NCBI GenBank assembly: GCA_045863395.1
Contig: BTVJ01000008.1
Span: 32,001 to 96,000 of the forward strand
Reading direction: 5' to 3'
Length of the DNA stretch: 64,000 bases
DNA from: Myxococcales bacterium
GTDB taxonomy: Bacteria > Myxococcota_A > UBA9042 > JABWCM01 > BTVJ01
This document shows, one piece after another, positions 10,128-19,316 of this stretch (the stretch's first letter is position 1; the number at the start of each line of letters is the position of its first letter). The notes under the pieces are model-generated. The model searched no databases and was not told the DNA's origin. It saw nothing but the letters and a program-made list of their open reading frames with translations. The position numbers and the translations under genes were made by a program.

Positions 10128-10439
10128 CTACTTTGGGGTGCGCACCGTGTCGATGTGGGCGAGGCTCGGGGTGTCGCCTGCCGGCTCGCCTCCTCCTGTG
10201 GCCCCCTCCAGCTTGAAGTACTCGGAGACGAGCTGCGCGAGGATCTGCCGGTGCGCCTCGGTGCCCAGGTTCAGGCGGTACTCGTTGATCGCCATGAGCT
10301 GGTAGCCGAGCCACTCCTGCCAGCACGGGGCGCAGGCGCTCTGGAGGAGCCGGTCCTTCAGGTCGCCCTGGAAGCCGATGAAGCTGGTGATGGCCGGGCC
10401 GCTCTGGCCGCAGCGGGTGCACGTGACGGTGTCGCTCAT
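10128..10439 (-). CDS. YggX-like Fe(II)-trafficking / oxidative damage protection protein
   Basis: WQEWLGYQLMAINEYRLNL resembles the YggX signature WxxWxxxQTMLINExRL; GGAGGG RBS. Confidence 0.75.
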   Translation of the reverse strand: MSDTVTCTRCGQSGPAITSFIGFQGDLKDRLLQSACAPCWQEWLGYQLMAINEYRLNLGTEAHRQILAQLVSEYFKLEGATGGGEPAGDTPSLAHIDTVRTPK

Positions 10440-10495
10440 GGACGTCCCTCCGGTTCGGGTGCGAGTCGGGAGGATGGGAGTCGCCGTGGGCGGTG

Positions 10496-12424
10496 TCAAG
10501 CCGGGGCGGGCACGTTGGCGTCGAGCGGGTGCTCCGGCGCACGGAGCGCCGCCGCATCGTCCTGGGATGGAGAGATCTTGACGGGGAGCTCCGCCGCGCC
10601 GAGCACGGCGTAGACCGAGTCGGGCACGGCGGCGCCGCGCATGGCGAGCTGTCCGACCCGCTGGAGCCTCCGGGTCGCCTCCAGGGGCTGCGCCGTCTCG
10701 CGGTCCGTCAGGATGGCGCCGTCGGAGGCCACCCGCGCGAGGCGCTCGGCCACGTCCACGGGGGAGCCCATCAGCGCCTGGTCCAGGCGGGCGCGGTCCT
10801 CAGGCAGCAGCCACACCGCGCCGGTGGCCACGCCGGTCCGGATCTGGAACGGAAGCGCCGCCTCGTCCCGCGCCGCCCGCAGCGCCGCCCGCAGCGCGAG
10901 GGCCGCCGCCACCGCCGCCCGGGAAGGGCCGGGCGTCGGCCCCTGGAGGCCGAACACCGCGCGCACGCTCGCCCCGTCGCTGCGGCACACGGTCCCGCCG
11001 AGGGAGGCCAGCCCGTCGGCCCATGCCTCGATGGCCGGCTCGAGCTCCGGGCGCCACGCCTCGGCATCCTCGGAGGTCGGTCGCAGCCACACGTGCAGCA
11101 GGCCGAGGCGCAGGCGCTCGACGCCAGCGGGGCGCTCCGGCGGGGGCAGCGGCGGCGGCAGCGTGACGAAGCGGGGATCCACGCCGACGGTGGCCCGGAG
11201 GATGTCCGCGGCCCGGGCGCGCTGCCCGCCATCCACCGGACGCCCGCAGTGGGTGCAATCTCCGACGCCCGCCCCGATGCGGCCACAGGCGCGGCACAGG
11301 CGCAGGCCCTCCGCCCCGAGCGGCGCGGTGGGCAGCTCGATACGGCCGACGTCCGTCAGGGTGGCCCGCTCCGATGGCGCGGAGTCGTCCTCCAGCACCA
11401 GGGTCGGGCGCTCGTGGAAGGGCACGCTCTCCAGCGCCGCGCCCAGGGTGCTGAGGCTCAGCCGCCCCCGCCCCCGCGCCTCCAGGTCCCGGCGGATGAC
11501 GCCGAAGCGCTCCCGCACGTGGCCCGCGGACGCGGGGCGGTCCCCGGCGCTCTTGGCCAGCAGGGAGGCGACCAGCGCGTCCAGCTCCGGCGTCACCCCC
11601 GCGTCTGGCGCTGCCTGCGCCAATGAAGGGACCGGCTCCACCATGTGGGCGCGGATGACGGCCAGCGGGTCGGCGCCGGAGTAGGGCGGGCGACCGGCGA
11701 TCAGCTCGAAGACCAGCACCCCGAGCCCGTACAGGTCGCTCCGCGGCTCGCAGCGCAGCCCGAGGGCGTGCTCCGGGCTCATGTAGGCCGGCGTCCCGCA
11801 CACCGTGCGGGGGCCCTCGATGGGCGCCCCGTCCCCGGTGAGCGACGCGATGCCGAAGTCCAGTATCTTCAGAAGGTTGCCCGGGAGGAGGCGGAAGTTC
11901 TCGGGCTTGAGGTCCCGGTGGACCACGCCGCTGTCGTGGGCGGCCCCCAGCGCCGCGGCGACCTGCTCGGCCAGCCCAGCGGCCCGCGCGGGGGACAGGC
12001 GCCCCTCGCGGCGCAGGATGGTCGCCAGGCACTCTCCGCCCAGGAGCTCCATCACCAGGTAGAGGAGCCCATCCGCGGTGCGCCCGAAGCCGTGCACCGA
12101 CACGATGCTCGGGTGCGCGAGGCGGCGCACGGCCCGCACCTCGCGAAAGAAGCGCTCCACGCCGTCGGCGCGCGTCGCCATGGCGGGGCTCGTCACCTTG
12201 ATGGCGACGTCCAGGTGGCGGACCGTGTCGAAGGCGCGGTGCACGGCGCCCATGCCCCCGCTGCCGATGCGGTCGAGCACGACGTAGCGCCCGTCCACGA
12301 CCGCGCCGAAGGGCGGCAGCTCCGCGGACGGACCGCGCAACCGGACGCCGTCGGTCGGGCAGATCGCCCGATCCTCGTCGAAGTGGCGCCGGCAGACCCG
12401 GCAGAAGGTGATCCCTCGCGTCAT
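10496..12424 (-). CDS. Ser/Thr protein kinase fused to a zinc ribbon and a degenerate class III cyclase-like domain
   Basis: IGSGGMGAV, VAIK, HRDLKPEN, DFG, GTPAYMSPE; CRAC..CTHC; C-terminal IRTGVATG..MGSPVDVAERL. Confidence 0.88.
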   Translation of the reverse strand: MTRGITFCRVCRRHFDEDRAICPTDGVRLRGPSAELPPFGAVVDGRYVVLDRIGSGGMGAVHRAFDTVRHLDVAIKVTSPAMATRADGVERFFREVRAVRRLAHPSIVSVHGFGRTADGLLYLVMELLGGECLATILRREGRLSPARAAGLAEQVAAALGAAHDSGVVHRDLKPENFRLLPGNLLKILDFGIASLTGDGAPIEGPRTVCGTPAYMSPEHALGLRCEPRSDLYGLGVLVFELIAGRPPYSGADPLAVIRAHMVEPVPSLAQAAPDAGVTPELDALVASLLAKSAGDRPASAGHVRERFGVIRRDLEARGRGRLSLSTLGAALESVPFHERPTLVLEDDSAPSERATLTDVGRIELPTAPLGAEGLRLCRACGRIGAGVGDCTHCGRPVDGGQRARAADILRATVGVDPRFVTLPPPLPPPERPAGVERLRLGLLHVWLRPTSEDAEAWRPELEPAIEAWADGLASLGGTVCRSDGASVRAVFGLQGPTPGPSRAAVAAALALRAALRAARDEAALPFQIRTGVATGAVWLLPEDRARLDQALMGSPVDVAERLARVASDGAILTDRETAQPLEATRRLQRVGQLAMRGAAVPDSVYAVLGAAELPVKISPSQDDAAALRAPEHPLDANVPAPA

Positions 12425-12598
12425 GTGTCGCACCCTCGGCGCGAAGGTACGGTGGGCTCGGCGGGCGGGCAAGAAATCTGCCGAGACCGCCAGGGGGGGC
12501 ACGGGGGGGCTTCGCGACCCCCTCCGTGCCTTGCGGTCGCCGCGCAGGTGTGGCACATGGGCGGGGGCGCTCTCCGTTGGAGGGCCCGGGAGGCTCGA

Positions 12599-13492
12599 TT
12601 GGTCGCTCCCATCGCCATCCGCGCCGCCGTGGTGTCGCTCTCCGTGGCCGTCGTGCTGCTGGCCACCAAGTCCGTCGCCGCGGCGATGACGGGCTCGGCG
12701 GCCATCCTCTCCGACGCCCTGGAGTCCATCGTCAACGTCGTCGCCGCCCTGTTCGGCGTCGTGGCCCTCCGGGTGGCCGCCACGCCGCCCGACGAGAGCC
12801 ACCCCTACGGCCACGGCAAGGTGGAGTTCTTCGCCGCCGGCTTCGAGGGGGGCATGATCGGCATCGCGGCGCTGCTGATCCTGGGCGAGTCCATCCGGCG
12901 CATGGTGATGGGCTCGGAGGTCCGCTTGCTCGGGCTCGGGATGGCCCTGTCCGCCGGCGCCGGCGTCGTCAACCTGCTCTTGGGGCTCGCCCTGGTGCGC
13001 ATCGGACGCCGCGTGGAGTCACCGACCCTGGTGGCCGACGGGCGCCACGTGCTGACCGACGTGGTGACGACGGTGTCCGCGCTGCTGGGCCTCGCCCTCG
13101 TGGAGCTCACCGGGGTGGTGCTGTTCGACCCCATCGCGGCGATCCTCGCCGCCCTGTGGATCCTGCGCTCGGGGTGGCATCTCGTGCGGGAGTCCATCGC
13201 GGGGCTCATGGACGAGGCGGACCCGGCGGACCTCGCGCGGCTCGTGGCGACGATGGAGTCCCTGCGGGAGCCCCACCTGCGCGGCTACGCCGACCTGCGG
13301 GCGCGCCACCAGGGCAGGGAGCACCTCATCGACGTGACGATCTATGTCTCGGAGGACCTGTCGGTCATGGACGGCCACGCGGTCGCGACCCGCGTCGAGC
13401 GCGCCCTGGAGGACTGCTTCTCCGTCGCGACGGCCACGTGCCACGTGGAGCCGGAGGGGGCGCAGGCAGCGGGGACCGCCTCGCCCGCATGA
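12599..13492 (+). CDS. Cation diffusion facilitator (CDF) family transporter
   Basis: SAAILSDALES, PPDESHPYGHGKVE, ADGRHVLTD, C-terminal HVEP; TTG start with GGGAGG RBS (alternative ATG 12557). Confidence 0.9.
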   Translation: MVAPIAIRAAVVSLSVAVVLLATKSVAAAMTGSAAILSDALESIVNVVAALFGVVALRVAATPPDESHPYGHGKVEFFAAGFEGGMIGIAALLILGESIRRMVMGSEVRLLGLGMALSAGAGVVNLLLGLALVRIGRRVESPTLVADGRHVLTDVVTTVSALLGLALVELTGVVLFDPIAAILAALWILRSGWHLVRESIAGLMDEADPADLARLVATMESLREPHLRGYADLRARHQGREHLIDVTIYVSEDLSVMDGHAVATRVERALEDCFSVATATCHVEPEGAQAAGTASPA

Positions 13493-13546
13493 GCGCAGAC
13501 GAGAGCAGAGAGGGCGGCATGTCGAGAAGGTCCTCGTGAGGTCGTA

Positions 13547-15064
13547 TCAGGGCGCCAGCAGGGGCCTCTGGTCCTTCCAGGCGGCGGTCCAGGCGCTGGC
13601 CGCTGCCCGCGCGTCGGAGCGGGCCCCCAGATCGAGCCCGGTGAGCCCCGCGAGCTCCCGCTGAGCGTTCCAGGAGAGGTGCGGTTCGGTGGAGCCGACG
13701 GCTCGGAGCAGGGCCTCGACCCGGTCCACGTAGCCCCCGGTGGGGATGCCCGCGCGTCGGAACCCTGCCTCCACCCACTCGGCCCGGGACGCGCCCCGGC
13801 TCTGCTGCCACCAGCGCGCCCAGCCATCCACGGAGCCGCTCGTCCCCGCCGACGTCTCGGTCCGGTTGGTGAGGCGCCCGAGGGCCACGTGCGCGGCCTC
13901 GGAGAGGGCGCGGTCACGGGACGACGCCAGCGCGATGAGGGCAGGCACGGCCACCGGATCGCCCGCGACGCCGAGGGCTCGCACCGCGGCGAGGAGGGCG
14001 CTCGGGGACGCGTCCGAGCGCGACGCGAAGGCGGCAAGCGGGGCGGCGGCCTCCAGGGCGCCCAGGGTCGCGACCAGGGCCTCCTGCTCCTGAGCGCGGG
14101 TCGCTGCGGCCAGACGCTCCCCGAGGGCGGGGGCGGCCTCCACCGCGCGCGTGATCCGCACGAGGCGCAAGACGGCGTCCTGGGAGCCCGGCTCCGCGAG
14201 GAGGGGGAGTACCACGGGCACCGCGGCCCTCGCCCTCGCGGTCACGAGCGCCTCCAGGGCCTTGGCGCGCCCCTGGCCGCCGAGCGCGCGGGAGGCAAGC
14301 TCGCGGGCTCGCTGATCCAGGTCCTCGCGGGCGGTGTCCACCCAGGGCCAGGTGGCGCCGTAGCCGTTGCAGCCGTCGAAGCGGTCGTCCGGGGCGCAGT
14401 AGACCCGCACGTGGAAGTGGTCGTCGTGGGGCGACGAGTCGCCTGGTTGCTTGAGCACGACCTCGGCGCGGACGAGCAGGGCGGGGTCCGGCTCCGCGGC
14501 GCGGGCGTGCTGGAGCAGCATCTCGCGGAGCCACGCTGCGCAGAACGCCCACTCGAGCTGCACCGCGTCGTGCGAGAGCAGCGCGCGAACGAGGGCCCAG
14601 TTGCGCTCCAGGTCCAGGCGGTAACGCCCGTCACGGGAGCGCCCGTCCCTCCCGAGCGCCACGAGCCCGTCGGGGTGAGCCGGCGTGCCTTTGGCATCCA
14701 GCAGGTAGAACGCCAGGTCGGCGTCGCGGCCCGAGTTGTGTGAGCGGCTCGGGCCGATGTCGCCTCCCCCCTCCCGGCTCAGGTTGCCGACGTGCAGGAC
14801 GGCCCCAGGCAGCGCCGCCCGGACGGCGCCGGCGGCGTCCACCAGCGCGCCCACCAGCTCGTCGGTCCCGTAGATGAACCCTCGCTTGACGGTGCGGGTG
14901 ATCACACGGAGGGACTTCGAGCGCAAGGGAACAGCCCGTCCGCCCTCCAGGGTGCCCGTCGAGTTGTCGCCCAGGGATCTCGCCCGTGGGCGGGCCTCGG
15001 TGGGCACCGCAAGGGCAGCGACGAGAATGACGCCGAGCAGGGCGCCGGTGAATCGACCGACCAT
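13547..15064 (-). CDS. MepA-family penicillin-insensitive murein endopeptidase with C-terminal HEAT-like repeats
   Basis: Signal peptide; GNLSREGGG..SHNSGRDAD and HDDHFHVR (LAS Zn ligands H, D, HxH); Ala-rich HEAT-like helices (AVRALGVAGDPVAVPALIAL). Confidence 0.82.
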   Translation of the reverse strand: MVGRFTGALLGVILVAALAVPTEARPRARSLGDNSTGTLEGGRAVPLRSKSLRVITRTVKRGFIYGTDELVGALVDAAGAVRAALPGAVLHVGNLSREGGGDIGPSRSHNSGRDADLAFYLLDAKGTPAHPDGLVALGRDGRSRDGRYRLDLERNWALVRALLSHDAVQLEWAFCAAWLREMLLQHARAAEPDPALLVRAEVVLKQPGDSSPHDDHFHVRVYCAPDDRFDGCNGYGATWPWVDTAREDLDQRARELASRALGGQGRAKALEALVTARARAAVPVVLPLLAEPGSQDAVLRLVRITRAVEAAPALGERLAAATRAQEQEALVATLGALEAAAPLAAFASRSDASPSALLAAVRALGVAGDPVAVPALIALASSRDRALSEAAHVALGRLTNRTETSAGTSGSVDGWARWWQQSRGASRAEWVEAGFRRAGIPTGGYVDRVEALLRAVGSTEPHLSWNAQRELAGLTGLDLGARSDARAAASAWTAAWKDQRPLLAP

Positions 15065-15084
15065 GGGCAGGGAGCATAGCACAG

Positions 15085-15753
15085 TCAGTCGGGGCCGATG
15101 AGCACCACGGTCAGCTCCCGGGGGCCGTGCATGCCGGTGATCAGCACCTTCTCGATGTCTGCCGTGCGGCTCGGGCCCGTCACGAAGGCCGTGCACGAGT
15201 CCGGCGAGCGGACCAGGGCGCGGCGCTCCACCCACGTCTCCAGGTCGGGCAGGAGCTGGTCCGTGGTCGCTATCACTACGTGGCGGCGCGGCAGCAGGGA
15301 CAGCACGCGGGGGCGCGCAACGGTGGCGGCCAGTACGACGGTGCCCGTGTCTGCGAGCAGGGCGTCCGCCCCCGTGACTCCGGCCGCGGCCCCGGCGGCC
15401 CGAGTGCGCAGCCAGTCCGGGTCTCCGTCGCGCGGGTCCCACAGGAGCACGGTCGTGCGGTCCAGGATGTCGCGGACCGGCAGCACGGTCTTGTGCACGA
15501 TGGGGTCGGCGGAGCACAGCACGATGGCCTGGTCGGTCCAGTCCAGCTCGCGGACCAGGAGGCGCGACAGGGCCGCGCGATCCGGCACCCGCGCAACGCG
15601 CCCCCCGGCTGCGGACAGCGCCTCGGTGAACCGCCTGGCCAGGGTCGCCCGATCCCCCTCGCGAACCCCCTCTCGGGGGGCCGGCTCGGCCGGCTGGACC
15701 TGTGCTCGGGGTGCGGCCCGCAGGCGCCCGAGGATCGCCTCCCGCGCGCTCAT
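15085..15753 (-). CDS. lutC: Lactate utilization protein C (LutC/YkgG, LUD domain)
   Basis: MSAREAILGRL start; ADTGT; TGPSRTADIEKVLITGMHGP signature. Confidence 0.9.
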   Translation of the reverse strand: MSAREAILGRLRAAPRAQVQPAEPAPREGVREGDRATLARRFTEALSAAGGRVARVPDRAALSRLLVRELDWTDQAIVLCSADPIVHKTVLPVRDILDRTTVLLWDPRDGDPDWLRTRAAGAAAGVTGADALLADTGTVVLAATVARPRVLSLLPRRHVVIATTDQLLPDLETWVERRALVRSPDSCTAFVTGPSRTADIEKVLITGMHGPRELTVVLIGPD

Positions 15754-17150
15754 GGCTCCCGCTCCTCGAGCACCTCGGAGACGCGCTGCCGGAACGTCCG
15801 CGAGGGCAGGGCGGGAGCCGCCCGGCCAGGGCCCCACCCGAGGACCCGCAGCGCCGTGCCCAGAAACCCCAGCCGCCCGGCGAGCCGCAGCAGCCACCCC
15901 GCCAGGGCGAAGCGCCGCGCTGTGCTGCTCGCGAGGCGCCAGAGCCGGAAGGCGAGCCGCTCCCGCCAGGGACGCAGCCGATCACGCACGGTGCGCCCGC
16001 GCAAGGTGAGCAGCATCTCGTGCAGGTCGATGCCCACGGGGCAGATCGCAGTGCAGGCGCCACACAAGCTGGACCCGTGGGGGAGCGCCGCAGCCGCCCG
16101 CCCGAGCAGCGCCGGCCCCAGCACGCTGCCGATGGGCCCGGGGACCGTCCACCCGTAGGCGTGGCCGCCGACGTGCTGGAACACGGGGCAGACGTTCATG
16201 CAGGCGCCGCAGCGGATGCAGGCGAGGCTCCCGCGCAGCTCCGCGTCGGCGAGGAGCCTGCTCCTCCCGTTGTCGAGGAGCACGACGTGGACCTGCTCCG
16301 GGCCGTCCGCCTCTCTTCCCCTGCGGGGTCCCGCGAGCAGCGACACGTAGCTCGTCGCCCGCTGGCCCGTGGCGCTCCGGGCGAGGACGCGCAGCAGCAC
16401 CGCCGCATCGGCGAGGCGCGGGACCACCTTCTCGATGCCCATGAGCGCCACGTGGACCCGAGGCAGCGTCGTCGCGAGCCGGATGTTCCCCTCGTTCTCG
16501 ACGAGCACCAGCGTGCCGGACTCGGCGACGGCGAAGTTCACGCCCGTGACCCCGACCGTCGCCTCCAGGAGCTCGCGGCGCAGGTGCTCCCGGGCGATGG
16601 CGACCAGGGCGTCCGGATCGTCCGTGAAAGGGACCCCGAGCTCGTCGGCGAAGATGGCGCCGATCTCGCGCCGGCTCAGGTGAAGCGCAGGCGCGGTGAT
16701 GTGGGACGGCGGCTGCCCGGCGAGCTGGACGATGAGCTCGCCCAGGTCCGTCTCGACGGGCGCGATGCCGGCCTTGGAGAGCGCCTCCCCCAGGTGGATC
16801 TCCTCCGACGCCATGGACTTGCCCTTGACCACCCGGCGGGCGCCCGCCGCCTGGGCGATGTCCACGATGATCCGGCAGGCCGCGACGCCGTCCTCGGCCC
16901 AGTGGACCGTGACTCCCCGCTCGCACAGCCGCTCCTCGAGCTGCTCCAGGAGCGCGGGGAGGCGGGCCAGCGCGTCGCCGCGAATCGCCGCCGCCCGCCG
17001 CCGCAGCCCCGCCCACCCCGGCTGCGCGGCGACGGCCGCAGCGCGCGCCCCGAGGGTCGTCCGCGTGGCGCGTTGCAGGGTGTGCCCGAGGGCGGCGTCG
17101 CGCAGCCCCTCGCGCACGTTGGCCTCGAAGCACGCTGGATCGCGCTTCAC
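15750..17150 (-). CDS. lutB: Lactate utilization Fe-S protein B (LutB/YkgF)
   Basis: VVKGKSMASEEI, ETDLGE, PSHITAPALH, ENEGNIRL, CIRCGACMNVCPV, SSLCGACTAICPV; GTGA overlap with lutA. Confidence 0.93.
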   Translation of the reverse strand: MKRDPACFEANVREGLRDAALGHTLQRATRTTLGARAAAVAAQPGWAGLRRRAAAIRGDALARLPALLEQLEERLCERGVTVHWAEDGVAACRIIVDIAQAAGARRVVKGKSMASEEIHLGEALSKAGIAPVETDLGELIVQLAGQPPSHITAPALHLSRREIGAIFADELGVPFTDDPDALVAIAREHLRRELLEATVGVTGVNFAVAESGTLVLVENEGNIRLATTLPRVHVALMGIEKVVPRLADAAVLLRVLARSATGQRATSYVSLLAGPRRGREADGPEQVHVVLLDNGRSRLLADAELRGSLACIRCGACMNVCPVFQHVGGHAYGWTVPGPIGSVLGPALLGRAAAALPHGSSLCGACTAICPVGIDLHEMLLTLRGRTVRDRLRPWRERLAFRLWRLASSTARRFALAGWLLRLAGRLGFLGTALRVLGWGPGRAAPALPSRTFRQRVSEVLEEREP

Positions 17151-17881
17151 GCCAGTGCCCCCCGCGCGGCCAGCACCTCGGCGATGTGGGCGACGCGCAC
17201 CGGCGAGCCCAGCCGCTGGAGCAGCCCCCGCAGCTGGAGCATGCACCCGGGGTCCGCCGTCACCACCACGCTTGCGCCGGTCTCCAGCACCCGCCGCGCC
17301 TTCTCTTCGCCCATGGCCACGCTCAGCTCTGGCAGCTTGACCGCGAAGGCTCCGCCGAAGCCGCAGCACCGCTCCGCCTCGCCAAGGGGCACCAGGTCGA
17401 GCCCCTCGACCGCCCGCAGCAGCCTCCGTGGGGCCGCCTCGACGTTGAGCTCCCGCAGCAGGTGGCAGGGCGGATGCCACGTCGCTTTGACGGGCAGCGA
17501 CGCCCCGAGGTCGACGATGCCCAGGTGGTCGGCGAGCAGCTCGGTCAGCTCGAAGGTGCGTCCCCTGAGGCGCTCTGCTCGCGGCCAGAGCGCATCGGGC
17601 AGGTGCGGCAGCAGGTCTGGCAGGTGGTTTCGCACCATCGCCACGCACGAGCCCGACGGCGCCACGACCACGTCCGCCTCCTCGAAGGCGTCGAGGAGCG
17701 TGCGCGCGACCTGGGCCGCCTCGTGTCGGTAGCCGGCGTTGTAGCCCGGCTGGCCGCAGCAGACCTGCCGGCCGTCCCAGACGACCTCGCAGCCTGCCCG
17801 CCGCAGCACGCGCACGGTGGCCACCCCGACCTCCGGCAGGAGCTGATCGACCATGCACGGCACGAACAGGTGGACCTTCAC
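17147..17881 (-). CDS. lutA: Lactate utilization protein A (LutA/YkgE, CCG domains)
   Basis: LFVPCMVD, QVCCGQPGYNAG, PSGSC, CCGFGGAFAVK, DPGCMLQ. Confidence 0.93.
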   Translation of the reverse strand: MKVHLFVPCMVDQLLPEVGVATVRVLRRAGCEVVWDGRQVCCGQPGYNAGYRHEAAQVARTLLDAFEEADVVVAPSGSCVAMVRNHLPDLLPHLPDALWPRAERLRGRTFELTELLADHLGIVDLGASLPVKATWHPPCHLLRELNVEAAPRRLLRAVEGLDLVPLGEAERCCGFGGAFAVKLPELSVAMGEEKARRVLETGASVVVTADPGCMLQLRGLLQRLGSPVRVAHIAEVLAARGALA

Positions 17882-18015
17882 GGCGCCGGAGCATAGCACG
17901 GAACGTGCGCGGTTGCTGGACGTCCACCCGTCGGATCGCGTGCGCGGCCTGCCGCCTGCGTGCCCCTCGGGGCCCCGGGCTGGACGTCCGGGGCCCAGCC
18001 GAATACTGTGGACTC

Positions 18016-18705
18016 ATGGCCCGCACCGCAGACGCGACCGTCATCGAGGTCACGCCGCACACGGCGACCTTGTCCCTTGCCGAGCTTCACATCGCGGGCC
18101 TCCGCCCCGGCGCGCTGCGCCCAGGCGCCGTGGCCAGCGTCTCGGTGGACCGTGCGGGCGAGGCCTACTTCGCGCTGGCATCGGCGCCCAACGACCTCCC
18201 GCGCGCGGAGCTGCTCGTCCGCCGGGGGCCGCCCGTCGCCGAGGCCCTCGTGGCGCTCCCGGCGGGCTCGACCATCCGGGTCAACGGTCCGGTCGGCCGA
18301 GGCTTCGACCTGAGCCGCCTGGCCGGCGGTCCCGTGGCGTGCGTGGGCGTCGGGTCCGCCATCGGGCCCCTTCGGAGCGCGCTGCTCCACATGATCGGAG
18401 AGCGACCCCGTTACGGGCGCATCGTGCTCGTGTACGGGGTCCGGGACGCGACGGACATCCCCTTCGCGGAGGAGCACGCCGCTTGGATGGACGCGGGGGT
18501 GGAGCTGCACGTCACGGCCACGCGCCCCGACCCCGCCGGGTGGCCGGGCCGCGAGGGGCGCGTGCAGCGTCACCTGGCAGAGGCGCTCGACGGGATGGCA
18601 AGCGGAGGGGTCCTGCTCTGCGGGATGCCGGCGATGGTCCGCGACACCACGACCGCCCTGGTCGGCCTGGGCTACGAGCGCGACGCGATCCTGCTCAACT
18701 ACTGA
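18016..18705 (+). CDS. FAD/NAD(P)-binding oxidoreductase (ferredoxin-NADP reductase-like)
   Basis: YFALASAP, GPVGRGF, GVGSAIGPLRS, YGVRD, LCGMPAMV, C-terminal LNY. Confidence 0.8.
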   Translation: MARTADATVIEVTPHTATLSLAELHIAGLRPGALRPGAVASVSVDRAGEAYFALASAPNDLPRAELLVRRGPPVAEALVALPAGSTIRVNGPVGRGFDLSRLAGGPVACVGVGSAIGPLRSALLHMIGERPRYGRIVLVYGVRDATDIPFAEEHAAWMDAGVELHVTATRPDPAGWPGREGRVQRHLAEALDGMASGGVLLCGMPAMVRDTTTALVGLGYERDAILLNY

Positions 18706-18748
18706 TTGGCTCAGCGCGTGACGGTGGCGCTCGGGCGCCAGGGTCCCG

Positions 18749-19027
18749 CTACTCCGAGTCGACGCGCTCCCGCAGCTCCTTGCCGACACGGAAGGAGGGC
18801 AGGACCTTGGCGGGAACCTCCACCGCGTCACCCGTGCGAGGGTTGCGGCCGGTGTACGAGTCGTAGCGACGGGTCGTGAAGCTGCCGAAGCCTCGAATCT
18901 CCACGCGATCCCCGTCCACCAGGGCGGCGATCATGGAGTCGAAGACGGTGTTGACGGCGATCTCGGCGTCCTTCCTTGCCAGGTTGGTCCTGGTGGCGAT
19001 CACGTCGATCAACTCCGAGCGGTTCAT
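18749..19027 (-). CDS. ihfB: Integration host factor beta / HU family DNA-binding protein
   Basis: MNRSELI..RVEIRGFGSF..YTGRNPRTGDAVEVPAKVLPSFRVGKELRERV; AGGAG RBS. Confidence 0.88.
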   Translation of the reverse strand: MNRSELIDVIATRTNLARKDAEIAVNTVFDSMIAALVDGDRVEIRGFGSFTTRRYDSYTGRNPRTGDAVEVPAKVLPSFRVGKELRERVDSE

Positions 19028-19073
19028 GGTTGCTCCTGACGGAAGGTGTTCTCTCTGGTGCTCTCGCATACGG

Positions 19074-19152
19074 TGGTACCCCCGACAGGATTCGAACCTG
19101 TGGCTTACAGGGATTAGGAATCCCCAGCTCTGTCCACCTGAGCTACGGGGGC
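19074..19152 (-). tRNA. tRNA-Arg (anticodon CCT) with encoded CCA
   Basis: Minus strand folds as GCCCCCG TA GCTC AGGTGGACA GAGC T GGGGA TTCCTAA TCCCT GTAAGCC ACAGG TTCGAAT CCTGT CGGGGGT ACCA. Confidence 0.95.
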
Positions 19153-19316
19153 CGAGACGCCTCAGTCGTCTAGCAGATGCACCGGGGATCGGTCAAGCGC
19201 GTTGCGGGAGGGGCCAGAACCATCCTTCCGCCCGGTCCTGACCCCTACGGGTGGCCTGGTTGACGGGCGCTGGCGCCCGATGGTACGAGTCCCCGACCCG
19301 AGCCGCCGAGGTGCCC

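Noticed and set aside
15085..17881. lutABC as a novel Fe-S system
   Set aside because: Canonical, widely described lactate utilisation operon.
19074..19152. tRNA as a possible island or prophage integration site
   Set aside because: No integrase, no duplicated tRNA 3' end seen, and housekeeping genes on both sides.
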